This document shows positions 48,647 through 58,100 of a stretch of DNA of 64,000 nt, piece after piece. The stretch's first letter is position 1, and the number at the start of each line of letters is the position of its first letter. A program made the position numbers and the translations under genes. The notes beneath the pieces are model-generated. The model worked only from the letters and a program-made list of their open reading frames with translations, searched no databases and was not told the origin of the DNA. Origin of the DNA: Phyllobates terribilis (lineage: Eukaryota); NCBI RefSeq assembly GCF_046119375.1, contig NW_027362769.1, positions 391,158,001 through 391,222,000 of the forward strand, written 5' to 3'.

Positions 48647-50945
48647 CATAGCTCCCAACCGTCCCGCATACTGATTTTGAGCACCGTCCCGCAGTCCCGG
48701 CCGGGAGCTTATGGCTCCCGCAGGGCAGTGAGAAGCAGCCGACACGCCCCCTCTTATATCAGGCTACACCCCCTCTGCCTCCCCTTCAGTGGCGTATCTG
48801 GGGGGGCAGAGGGGGTGTAGCCTGATTTAAGAGGGGGCGTGTCGGCTGCTTCTCACTGCCCTGCGGGAGCCATAAGCTCCCGGTCGGGACTGCGGGACGG
48901 TGCTCAAAATCAGTATGTGGGCGCAGTCGGGCGGCTTAACGTGGAAATCCGAAGTGTCTCCCCCGGCGGCTACATTCTGCCGCCCCCCGGACTGGGAGTA
49001 GGCAGTTCTTTGAGCCTGGTGTCAAGCTGACAGTCGGCTCACAGTACCTGCAGCACACCAGCACCCAGTGTTCAATTGTAGACGTGAGTACAATTAAAGT
49101 TCTGACCGCCAGGTCAGAGCAACTTCAGGAGCGTGATCATGTCATGTGATCACGCTGCTGACATCGCACGCCAGCACAACAGACAGAGGAGCACATTGGT
49201 GGTAAGTGGTCCACATTAGTGGAGCTAAAGACCCCAATGATTATATGTTGGGGGGGTTATTTAGTGTAACAGGACTGGGGGAGGTTTACTGTGTGTGGAG
49301 GGGAATTTACTGTGTGTGGGGGGTGACACTCCCCCGGGGCCGTGGGGTACTCGGCAGCACGGGCCCTCAGATGCTTGGGGGATATGACGGTGGCGGGCCC
49401 GGTCCGTGGCCCAGGGCAGTCAACTGAAAAGGGGAGGTAGTTTATTTGGGATTTTTGGGAATTGTTGTGACGCCACCTGTGGAATGCTGCTAGGGGAGCC
49501 GCCGCTGCGGAGCAGTCCTCTGGAGCTGGTGTTATGGCAGCAGGGGTGGTGTGGCTCTCCACAGGTAGAGCTTAGCTCAAGGGCAGTGTAGGGGTAGATG
49601 GTGAATGCTGGCGAGAGAGACGGCAGGACGATCCCGGAGGAAGTACGGGCGCACACACATAGGGGTAAACTTCAATACCTTTACTGGTGGTGATGCAGGT
49701 GCGGTCCAGGGTACTCAGGGCGAAGGGTGCATTTCTGGACTCTCCCCAGTGAGAGGGTGTAGGGCCTCCTGATCTGTGTCTTTTACTCTCTAAGCTTCGG
49801 GCCTGCCTGGAGCTAGGCCTGGCTTGCTTACTGCTTCTTTCTTCTACCTGCTGTCCTGGAGTTAGGGCTTTGTCCTGGCTCCCACTATTCCTGGTCGTTG
49901 GAGCCTTCGTAGTACCTAACCCTGTTGCTGTAGTCAGCGTTTGGTTAACCTGGGGCTCCCTCCTCTTCCCTTCTCTGGCCGTGCCCCACCAGTGACTCTA
50001 CGTTTGTCCGGCTGCCTCGGGCCTTCTCTTGGTACGCTGATTTCTGCGTCCCTGACCCTATGTGGTGGGCCTTCGTGGTAGGTGTAGTGAGGGGTCGCAC
50101 CGAGATATAGTTACGACCGCTGGTCTTTGGCTGAGGATTAGTCGCCTCTACCAATTTGGGATCCGGTACCCTGTTCTGCCAACCCGTCACCCGCAATCTC
50201 CTGGGCCTATGGGGTTCCTTCTTCTCTCGTGTCTCTTGGCCTCTCTTAATGTTCTGTTCCTTGTTTCCTTTCTCTTCTGTTCCTGTCCTCTCTGCTGTTT
50301 CTGGCCTCCACTCCAGGCCTGCCTCGTGGAGCTGGGCCCAGACTGAGCCACAGCTCCCTGTCAGCCCTCTCTGGCTGAACTCCTCTCTGAACTCACTCCC
50401 CGGACTGAACACTGTTCTAAGATGGTGCCCACCTTATATACCTCCCTCTATGTGTGAGCCCAGGTGACTAGCAACCAATGGGCTCCTACCTATGCCCAGA
50501 AACCCACCCCTATCTGCTCCTACACCACTGGGTATTCCACCCCCCTCCCCACTCCAGCCAGGGACAGATGCTGTCGTGCCTGCACTTCTGTCTAGTGGGA
50601 GCACCGTTGAGCTGTCCCTCGGAAATGGGGTGTGTGTGGTGCATGCAGCCTACCGAGCCCTGGTCCACACTCCATCCTTACCCGGGAGTGGGATATCACA
50701 CCTCTGGTTTGAGGTGCAATACCCCTGTAGCAGCCGAGCCGTCAGGGTGCTACACATGCAGTGCATGCGCTGTGAGAATTCAGAAGCCTGAAGACACATA
50801 GAATTTCAGTCACTGCCAGCGCCCCTCTGACAACTCCTCCTGCCGAGGGAGAAACATAATGGTAAATGGGTGTGGATTGGGATGTGGCCAGGGGCATGGC
50901 GCATGATTTCTGCCTCTTTCTGTTCTAAAAAAGTTGTGAGGTATG
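48647..50945. mobile_element. Composite non-autonomous hAT-like element inserted in the TRIM3 leader
   Basis: CATAGCTCCCAAC left end and GTTGTGAGGTATG right end. CTGTAGG (7 bp, or 8 counting the shared G) is duplicated at 48640-48646 and 54786-54792. Confidence 0.7.
49324..50754 (-). mobile_element. Solo LTR related to the 50946 element, reverse orientation
   Basis: Reverse complement starts TGTAGCACCCTGACGGCTCGG and ends GGGGGAGTGTCA. No matching TSD found. Confidence 0.8.
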
Positions 50946-51978
50946 TGTAGCACCCCGAGGACTCGGCTGCTACAGGGGTATTGCACCTCGAACCAGAGGT
51001 GTGATATTCCACTCCCGGGTAAGGATGGAGTGTGGACCAGGGCTCGGTAAGCTGCATGCACCACACACACCCCATTTCCGAGGGACAGCTCAACGGTGCT
51101 CCCACTAGACAGAAGTGCAGGCACGACAGCATCTGTCCCTGGCTGGAGTGGGGAGGGGAAAGTACACCCAGTGGTGTAGGAGCAGATAGGGGTGGGTCTC
51201 TGGGCATAGGTAGGAGCTCATTGGTTGCTAGTCACCTGGGCTCGGGTGTTAGAAGGAGGTATATAAGGTGGGCACCATCTTAGATCAGGGTTCAGTTCAG
51301 TGGAGACAGTCTGAGGAGAAGACAGGAAGCAGAGCCCCTGCATGGGCTCTGCTCTGTCAGGAGGCTGGAGCCTGAGAGAGAGAGAGAGAAGAAGGAACAG
51401 AAAGGAAAGTAGGAAAGGAACTGGAACAGAGGAGAAAGGAAGCAAGGGACACAGAGAAAGGCCCAGAGACACGAGGACAGAAGGAACCCCATATGCCCAG
51501 AGGAGATACTGGGTGAAGGGTTGGCAGAACAGGGTATCTGATCCCAAATTGGTGGAGGCAACAGATTCCTCAGCCAAAGACCGGAGGTTGTTACCACATC
51601 TTGGTGCGACTCCTCACTACATCCACCAGAAAGGCATACCGTATAGGGTCAGGGAAACCGGAGAGAGGTTTCGCCAACAGAAGGCTCGAGGAAGCTGGAC
51701 AAAGGTGGGTCACTGGTGGGGACGGCCAGTAGAAAGGAAAAGAGGGGAGCTCTGAACCACACTCTGGAATTGCCTGGGAGTTGACCGAGTCCCTCACCTG
51801 GTGAACGCAGCACGGGTCACCGCCACGGAGAACTACAACCCCCAGCGATCCGGCTCCGGGTATTCCCCCTGCACAGCAGCACAGCACAGGCCCAGGGGGC
51901 GCCTCAACTTTAGCATAGTCGGCAAGATCATTACCAACCCGCCACAAGCGGGTATTGCGTGCCTGAAGAAAACTGCAC

Positions 51979-52818
51979 ATGTACCTTAAAAAGAAGTCTC
52001 CCGCCATTTCCAGAAGTTTCCCGCTGTCCAGAGTCGTTTCCCGCCATCCGGAGCCGATTCCCGCCATCAGACGCCATTTTGGACCGTTTCCCGCCATCTT
52101 CATCCGTTTTTCCCGCCCTGGCAGAGCGGACGCCATTATGTGCGCACCAAAGGACAGCAGGAAGCCGACTCCCATCGTGGGAAAGGTCCCAGAGTGGCGC
52201 CAAAGGAGGGGCCCGCCCCCAGCAACAATAAGTACAGCAATGGAGATGTCCATCAACGTGGGGGGGCTGCCCCTGAAGGTGATTGTCAGCAGATGCCCCC
52301 AAGACCAACCCCCATGGGGGCGGATAGGAAAGAAAACTGAGGGGCTGGGTGCGGCCTGGATCAGTCTGGACCTGCTGCACCCGGAGATGGAGGGAGCAGA
52401 AAACTCCACCAGCACCCTGGCCCGCAGCCTGCTGCAAGCGGAGCCACCCTGCAGCCTGACAGAACTGCTGGCCCAACTGCCTAAAGACCCGGATTGTGCG
52501 CGCGCAGCGCTGGAAGATCTGAATAGAAGAATGGTCCGGGCGCAGCGGGATGTGTTTGCCGGATGGAGAGCGGAGATGGCCCGGCAGCATGGAGGTGACC
52601 AGCAGAGGACCCCGCCGGAACCGGGCAGCGCGCTTACCACTGGGCGCGGAGAAGAGGGACCGGCAGCTGCAGACGACGCCGCGGAGGAGGCCACGGAGAC
52701 CGAGGCAGGTAATGGGGACGCCACCACCCCAAGCCCTGGGAACACCAGCCTGCCCTCACCCTCCGTTGCGGGACCCGAGGCGCCGGGGACCGTACCTGAG
52801 ACCACCGCCACCAGCTAG
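51979..52818 (+). CDS. ORF1 of the LTR element, unknown function (probable N-terminal half of a frameshifted ORF)
   Basis: Open 279 codons after the PBS (ATGs at 52138 and 52240); predicted helical then acidic low-complexity sequence. No Gag motif recognised. Confidence 0.55.
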   Translation: MYLKKKSPAISRSFPLSRVVSRHPEPIPAIRRHFGPFPAIFIRFSRPGRADAIMCAPKDSRKPTPIVGKVPEWRQRRGPPPATISTAMEMSINVGGLPLKVIVSRCPQDQPPWGRIGKKTEGLGAAWISLDLLHPEMEGAENSTSTLARSLLQAEPPCSLTELLAQLPKDPDCARAALEDLNRRMVRAQRDVFAGWRAEMARQHGGDQQRTPPEPGSALTTGRGEEGPAAADDAAEEATETEAGNGDATTPSPGNTSLPSPSVAGPEAPGTVPETTATS

Positions 52819-53752
52819 GTCTCAGGCAGCAAGCATCGCCGTCACGCCCCGCCCCGCGCTGTGCCCTCTGAACCCTGGCGCCGTACAGCGTGAGACGTCA
52901 CAGGCCAGGACGCAAGACCCAGCACACCCGGGCGCCGCTGCCTCACCAGCGCCCCCTACCTTGGCGGTGCCACCCCCGGGCACGACCGACAAGCGACCGC
53001 CGCAAGGCCGAGTGCCCCCGGGTGCTGCCACCCGTCCGAAGCCCACAGTGCCACCCCTGGGCGCGGACCTGTATGCCCAACATACCAGCCCGGACGGGCT
53101 ACCCTTTGAATGGCCACCGGAGTTCGCCAACCCCCGTCTCCGGAAAGAGCGACCCCTGAGTGAGCCTCTGATCCCGGCCCCGGAGCCCGCCAACATCGCT
53201 CCACCCCTGCCGGAGGATGCCCAGTTTGCATGGGACCCCACTGGCGAGAACCTCATGGGCTTCACCCAGGAGACCCGGACGGAAGAAGCCCAGCGCCTGG
53301 AGTGCTGCCGTCAGCAGCTAGCCACCTATGAAAGAGAGCGGCGGCAGAGGCGCATCAGGGAGCAGCGACTCCAGGCCAGAAGCGCGGAGCAGAAGAGGAG
53401 GGCCCGTCAAGACTTCCACGCCATCCGCAGTCCCCGAGCCACCGGGACCGTAGTCAAGTTCCAGCTAGAGAATGGCTGGGGCTTCATAAGAGACCCGGAG
53501 GCTGACACCGACCTATTTGTCACCAGAAGGGACGTGGAAAGCCACCTGCCGGAGGGACATCACGGACGTGACTTGTACCCCGGTGACTTGGTCACTTACA
53601 CCCGGCACCAGGGTGCCAAAGGACTGTGCGCCCTCCATGTACATCGTCTGACTGAGGAGGAGCTGCGGTATCGCCCAGACACATACTACCCTGAGGATCC
53701 GGACGGATCTGAAGAGTATGGCGAAGGAGCATCAGGAGGACACCATTATTAG
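52550..53752 (+). CDS. ORF2: Pro-rich linker, Arg/Glu/Gln-rich helix and C-terminal cold-shock domain (53438-53650)
   Basis: GTVVKFQLENGWGFIRDPEADTDLFVTRRDV...RDLYPGDLVTYTRHQGAKGLCALHV aligns colinearly with the YBX/Lin28/CspA cold-shock domain. Confidence 0.85.
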   Translation: MCLPDGERRWPGSMEVTSRGPRRNRAARLPLGAEKRDRQLQTTPRRRPRRPRQVMGTPPPQALGTPACPHPPLRDPRRRGPYLRPPPPARSQAASIAVTPRPALCPLNPGAVQRETSQARTQDPAHPGAAASPAPPTLAVPPPGTTDKRPPQGRVPPGAATRPKPTVPPLGADLYAQHTSPDGLPFEWPPEFANPRLRKERPLSEPLIPAPEPANIAPPLPEDAQFAWDPTGENLMGFTQETRTEEAQRLECCRQQLATYERERRQRRIREQRLQARSAEQKRRARQDFHAIRSPRATGTVVKFQLENGWGFIRDPEADTDLFVTRRDVESHLPEGHHGRDLYPGDLVTYTRHQGAKGLCALHVHRLTEEELRYRPDTYYPEDPDGSEEYGEGASGGHHY

Positions 53753-54840
53753 AGAATGGTAAAGTGGAACTGTAAATAGTTACCCGTCGGGGTACAAGAA
53801 CTGTTGTGAAATTGTTGACTGTGTGAACTGTTACCTGTGTGCCCCTAATCCCTAACCAGGCTGAGGACTGTGAGCAGCCATTCCCCTATTCCCACTGGCC
53901 GAGGACTGAGAGCGGCCATACCCTTGTACATAGTTGCGCTTTTTAAAGCGCCCCCTACTGGTTTTATACAAGAACCGCAACGTCTACCTCAAAGTTAAAA
54001 TGGACTGTTGCACCTTTACCTGGTCACAAGTTGCACGGTGGCCAAAGGTCAAGAATGTGTTTTTTTTTTTTTGAAGAATGTTTTACTTGAAAAAGTTTTA
54101 TATGCTGCTAGAATAATAATGCAAATGTTACCTCATCTTGGTGCGACCCCTCACTACATCCACCAGAAAGGCATACCGTATAGGGTCAGGGAAACCGGAG
54201 AGAGGTTTCGCCAACAGAAGGCTCGAGGAAGCTGGACAAAGGTGGGTCACTGGTGGGGACGGCCAGTAGAAAGGAAAAGAGGGGAGCTCTGAACCACACT
54301 CTGGAATTGCCTGGGAGTTGACTGAGTCCCTCACCTGGTGAACGCAGCACGGCTCAGGCGGTCCTAACTGTGCACAAGTGACCTGATAAAGAACTGTGAG
54401 TAAAGCATTGAAAACTGCAACTTGCACGTCTCTGTGGTTCCTCGCCGCACCAGCACCATTAGTACTGGGACGCTCACACCATCACTCCCATCATTATCCA
54501 CACTAGCTGCCCTGAGGCAATACTCCTCCCGTGGGGAGTTATCCCATACTCGGCTGCGCAACCAACATCAGCCTCAGCGGTCGGCAGCGCAGCGGCGGTC
54601 CCCACTGACCGCAATCCACGGGTGGCGTAGTCGGACACTTATTACAACATTTAGACTGCCACTGGTTTGACCGCCCTGGGCACGGACCGGGTCACCGCCA
54701 CGGAGAACTACAACCCCCAGCGATCCGGCTCCGGGTATTCCCCCTGCACAGCAGCACAGCACAGGCCCAGGGGGCGCGTCATATGCTGTAGGGGTTAATT
54801 CTCCTGCACAGACTCTCCGCCCTTCTTACCAGAAGAAACT

Positions 54841-54857
54841 TTTTCACTTTCGGTTCC
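54841..54857 (-). promoter_or_regulatory. IRF-E/ISRE-like element upstream of TRIM3
   Basis: Minus strand GGAACCGAAAGTGAAAA contains the canonical GAAAGTGAAA IRF site. Confidence 0.6.
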
Positions 54858-54874
54858 TGCTCTTTCCCGCTACA

Positions 54875-56401
54875 ATGGCGTCTGCTGAGCTGAGGGACGA
54901 GCTGAACTGCTCCATCTGCCTGAGCCTCTATACAGATCCCGTATCCCTGAGATGTGGACACAACTTCTGCCGCTCGTGTATTGTGAGTGTGCTGGATGCC
55001 CAGGAGGCGGCTGGAGGGTATTCCTGTCCTGACTGCAGAGCAGAATATCCGGAGCGTCCGGCCCTGAAGAAGAACCGGAAGCTGAGGAATATAGTGGAGC
55101 GTTTCTCATCTACTCAGCCTGATATGGAGGAGACCAGAATCTTCTGTACTTACTGTACAAAGTCTCCTGTACCGGCTGTGAAATCCTGTCTGCAGTGTGA
55201 GGCGTCTTTTTGTGAAGAGCATCTAAGTAGACACAGTAAGTCATCAGAACATACGTTAGTTGATCCCACTGTTTCCCTGGAAGAAAGAAAATGCTCCACA
55301 CACAAGGAGATGCTGAAATATTACTGTCCTATAGACGCCGCCTGTATCTGTGTGTCCTGCTGGGTGGCCGGAGACCACAAGGGACATGACGTGGAGCTAC
55401 TGAACGTGGCCTCTGAGAAGAAGAAGGAGAAACTGAAGAAACAATTAGATGATCTAAACCCACAAAAATCAGAAATTCAGACAAGAGTCCAGAATCTGCA
55501 GGATCGTAAAAGGAAGATCCAGGAAAAAGCCTCCGATAAGAGGAATAAAGTCAGTAAGATATTCATGGACACTGAGAAGCAACTGGAAATGGCAGACAGG
55601 AGGAGAAGATTGTGTCCCAGATATCTCATCTGACCAGGAAGCTGGAAATACAGGAGGACGAGCTGTCCAGGAAGATGCGTCACATGGAGGAGATGTGTCG
55701 TGTCACCGACCCAATAAGACTCTTACAAGAAAGTGACATTACAGTGTGTAGTCATGGAGGTGATGAGGACACAGGAGGAGATGGTGGAGAGGTCTGTTCT
55801 GAGGAGGATCTGGATGAGGTTCTGATCTCACTGACCTTACACCGATCTGTGAGGAATATTGTCACCAATGTAACATCAGATCTTGGGGTCCATGTCCCAG
55901 ACATATTGCTGGATGTGGACACTGCTCATAGATGTGTGAAGATATCAGAAGATCTGAAAACAGCAACAAGATCAGAAGAAGAACAGGAGAAACCAAAATC
56001 ACCAGGAAGATTTGTGACATTTTCCCAGGTGTTAAGCAGATGTGGCCTCTCATCAGGACGACATTACTGGGAGGTAGAGTGGAACCAGATAGGAGGATGT
56101 GAGATCGGATTGTCCTATCCCAGTATAGAAAGGGAAGGAGATGAGTCTGGTATTATATATAATGATAAATCTTGGTGTTTGTTTATGTATGATGGAGAAT
56201 ATAATGTATGGCACAACTCCGTCAGATCAGTCCTCAGTGTAAAGTCAACATGTCCAACACTTGGAGTCTTCTTAGACTATGTCCTTCTATGAGCTGTGTG
56301 ACCCCATCAGACACTTACACACCTTCACCGCCTCCTTCACTGAACCCCTACATGTTATCTTCTATGTGAATGATGGAGCCTCTGTTACAATAAGAAGCTG
56401 A
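54875..56401 (+). pseudogene. TRIM paralog with two frameshifting deletions
   Basis: Versus the 15878 gene: 28-nt deletion at 55596/55597 (stop at 55631-55633) and 14-nt deletion at 56281/56282. The homologous stop is at 56399-56401. Confidence 0.93.
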
Positions 56402-57180
56402 GGCCGATGTCGTCCTCGTCACATTATAATTACATTATTTCTTGTCACATGGACACATCTGTATATAGTGAGTTATCAGCAGGACTCTCTAATAATACAA
56501 TGTATATGGGGGGAATCATGGGGGGATTTCTCCTGTTGGATTATTTTGTCTCTTCTTATATTTTATTAAGCATGAATGATTGAACCGAATGTCAATATTA
56601 ACCACTTCACGACATTTGACGTAAACTTACGTCATATCTCGTGTCCCTGCCTTTGCTGCGGGCTCACGCTCTGAACCTGCATCAGATGATCGCAGTTTCA
56701 AGTCTCTTAAGGGGACTATTAAATACTGCTAAAAGTTTAAAAAAAAAGTTTTTCAAAATATAAAAAAATAAAACATAACTTCCAATGTCGCTCCTTTTGC
56801 AGCATTGAAATTAAAACAAACAAAAAAATACATATATTTGGTATCGCTGCATTCAGATATTTCTGATCAATCAAAATATAAAATAAATTAATCTTATCGG
56901 TAAAAGGTGGAACGAGAAAAAAATAAAAACAACAAAATTACAGTTTTTTGGTCGCCGGAACATTGCAGTAAAATGCAATAAGAGGCGATGAAAACATCGT
57001 ATCTACCCCAAAAGAGTATCAATAAAAATGTAAATTCAGGATGCAAAGAATAAGCCCTCACCGGCCCCAGATCCCAAAAATGAATCTGTTTCGGGTCTCC
57101 AAAAATAGCAACAAATGCAAAATGTTTTTTTTTTTATTTTTTTTTTTTACGAAATCCCGATTTTTTTTCCCCACCATTTA

Positions 57181-58100
57181 CACTGTGTTCCAAATTATTA
57201 TGCAAATAATATTTTCTCAGATTTTCCCAAATTACCTATATGAATTGCAGTCATTGTAATTTTCCAGTCAAATAACTATTAGAGACAATTGAAAGGTTTT
57301 TGTACAAACTGCCTATGATAACAGGATATTTTTAAAAAAAATAAAATACTCAAACTGCACTCAAAATGCATGTTCCAAATTATTATGCACAGCAGAGTTT
57401 TCAACCTTTTCATTTTAATAAAGAACAAAAAATGGTCATTTGTGAAATTATAAGCATTAGCAGGTTATTACAAACTGAAATCAAACAGTTTTCAACTCAA
57501 AACTTTATTCTAGGTGATGTTACATTTGCACATAGGACCCCTTGTTCGAAAGGAGCTTCTGAACTCTCTCGTCCATTGAATTTGTCAGGTTTTGGATGGT
57601 TTCTGCTTCAATTGTTTTGCATGAGGACAGAATACCCTCCCAGAGCTGTTGCTTAGATGTGAACTGCCTCCCGCCATCATAGACACTCCTTTTGATGATG
57701 CTCCAGAGGTTCTCAATGGGGTTGAGGTCAGGGGAGCATGGGTGCCACACCATAAGTTTGTCCCCTTTTATGCCCATAGCAGCCGGAGATGCAGATGTGT
57801 TATGTGCAGCATGAGACGGGGCATTATCATGCATGAAAATGATCTTGCTGCAGAATACACGGTTCTTCTTCTTGAACCATGGCAGGAAGTGCTGTTTGAG
57901 AAACTCAACATACATTATGGAGTTCATCTTTACCCCTTCAGGGATCCTAAAAGGGCCGACAATCTCTCTCCCCATGATTCCAGCCCAAAACATTACTCCA
58001 CCTCCACCTTGTTAGCGCCGTAGCCGTGTTTGCATGGGGTGTCCATCAACCAGCCATCCTCCACTCCATCCATCTGGACCATCGAGATCATTTCAGTAAA
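57181..58100 (-). mobile_element. Truncated Tc1/mariner element with DD37E transposase C-terminus
   Basis: TA + CACTGTGTTCCAAATTATTATGCA TIR (repeated internally at ~57370); ORF 57520..57993 has HDNAPSH...SPDLNPIE with 37 residues between D and E. Confidence 0.88.

Larger units (their letters stand above)
50946..54781 (+). mobile_element. Non-autonomous LTR retroelement encoding a cold-shock-domain protein
   Basis: TG...CA ends with 4-bp TSD TATG (50942-50945, 54782-54785); 5' LTR 50946-51906; PBS-like TAGCATAGTCGGCAAGAT at 51911-51928; 5'-truncated 3' LTR 54125-54781. Confidence 0.9.

Noticed and set aside
49324-50754. Target-site duplication for the reverse LTR
   Set aside because: Flanks GGGG and CATG do not match, so independent integration at this site is not demonstrated.
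51911-51928. tRNA gene
   Set aside because: Only an 18-nt complement of a tRNA 3' end (a primer-binding site); there is no cloverleaf.
51591-52811. 406-aa antisense ORF across the CSD element
   Set aside because: GC-rich shadow of ORF1 that crosses into the LTR; no motif support.
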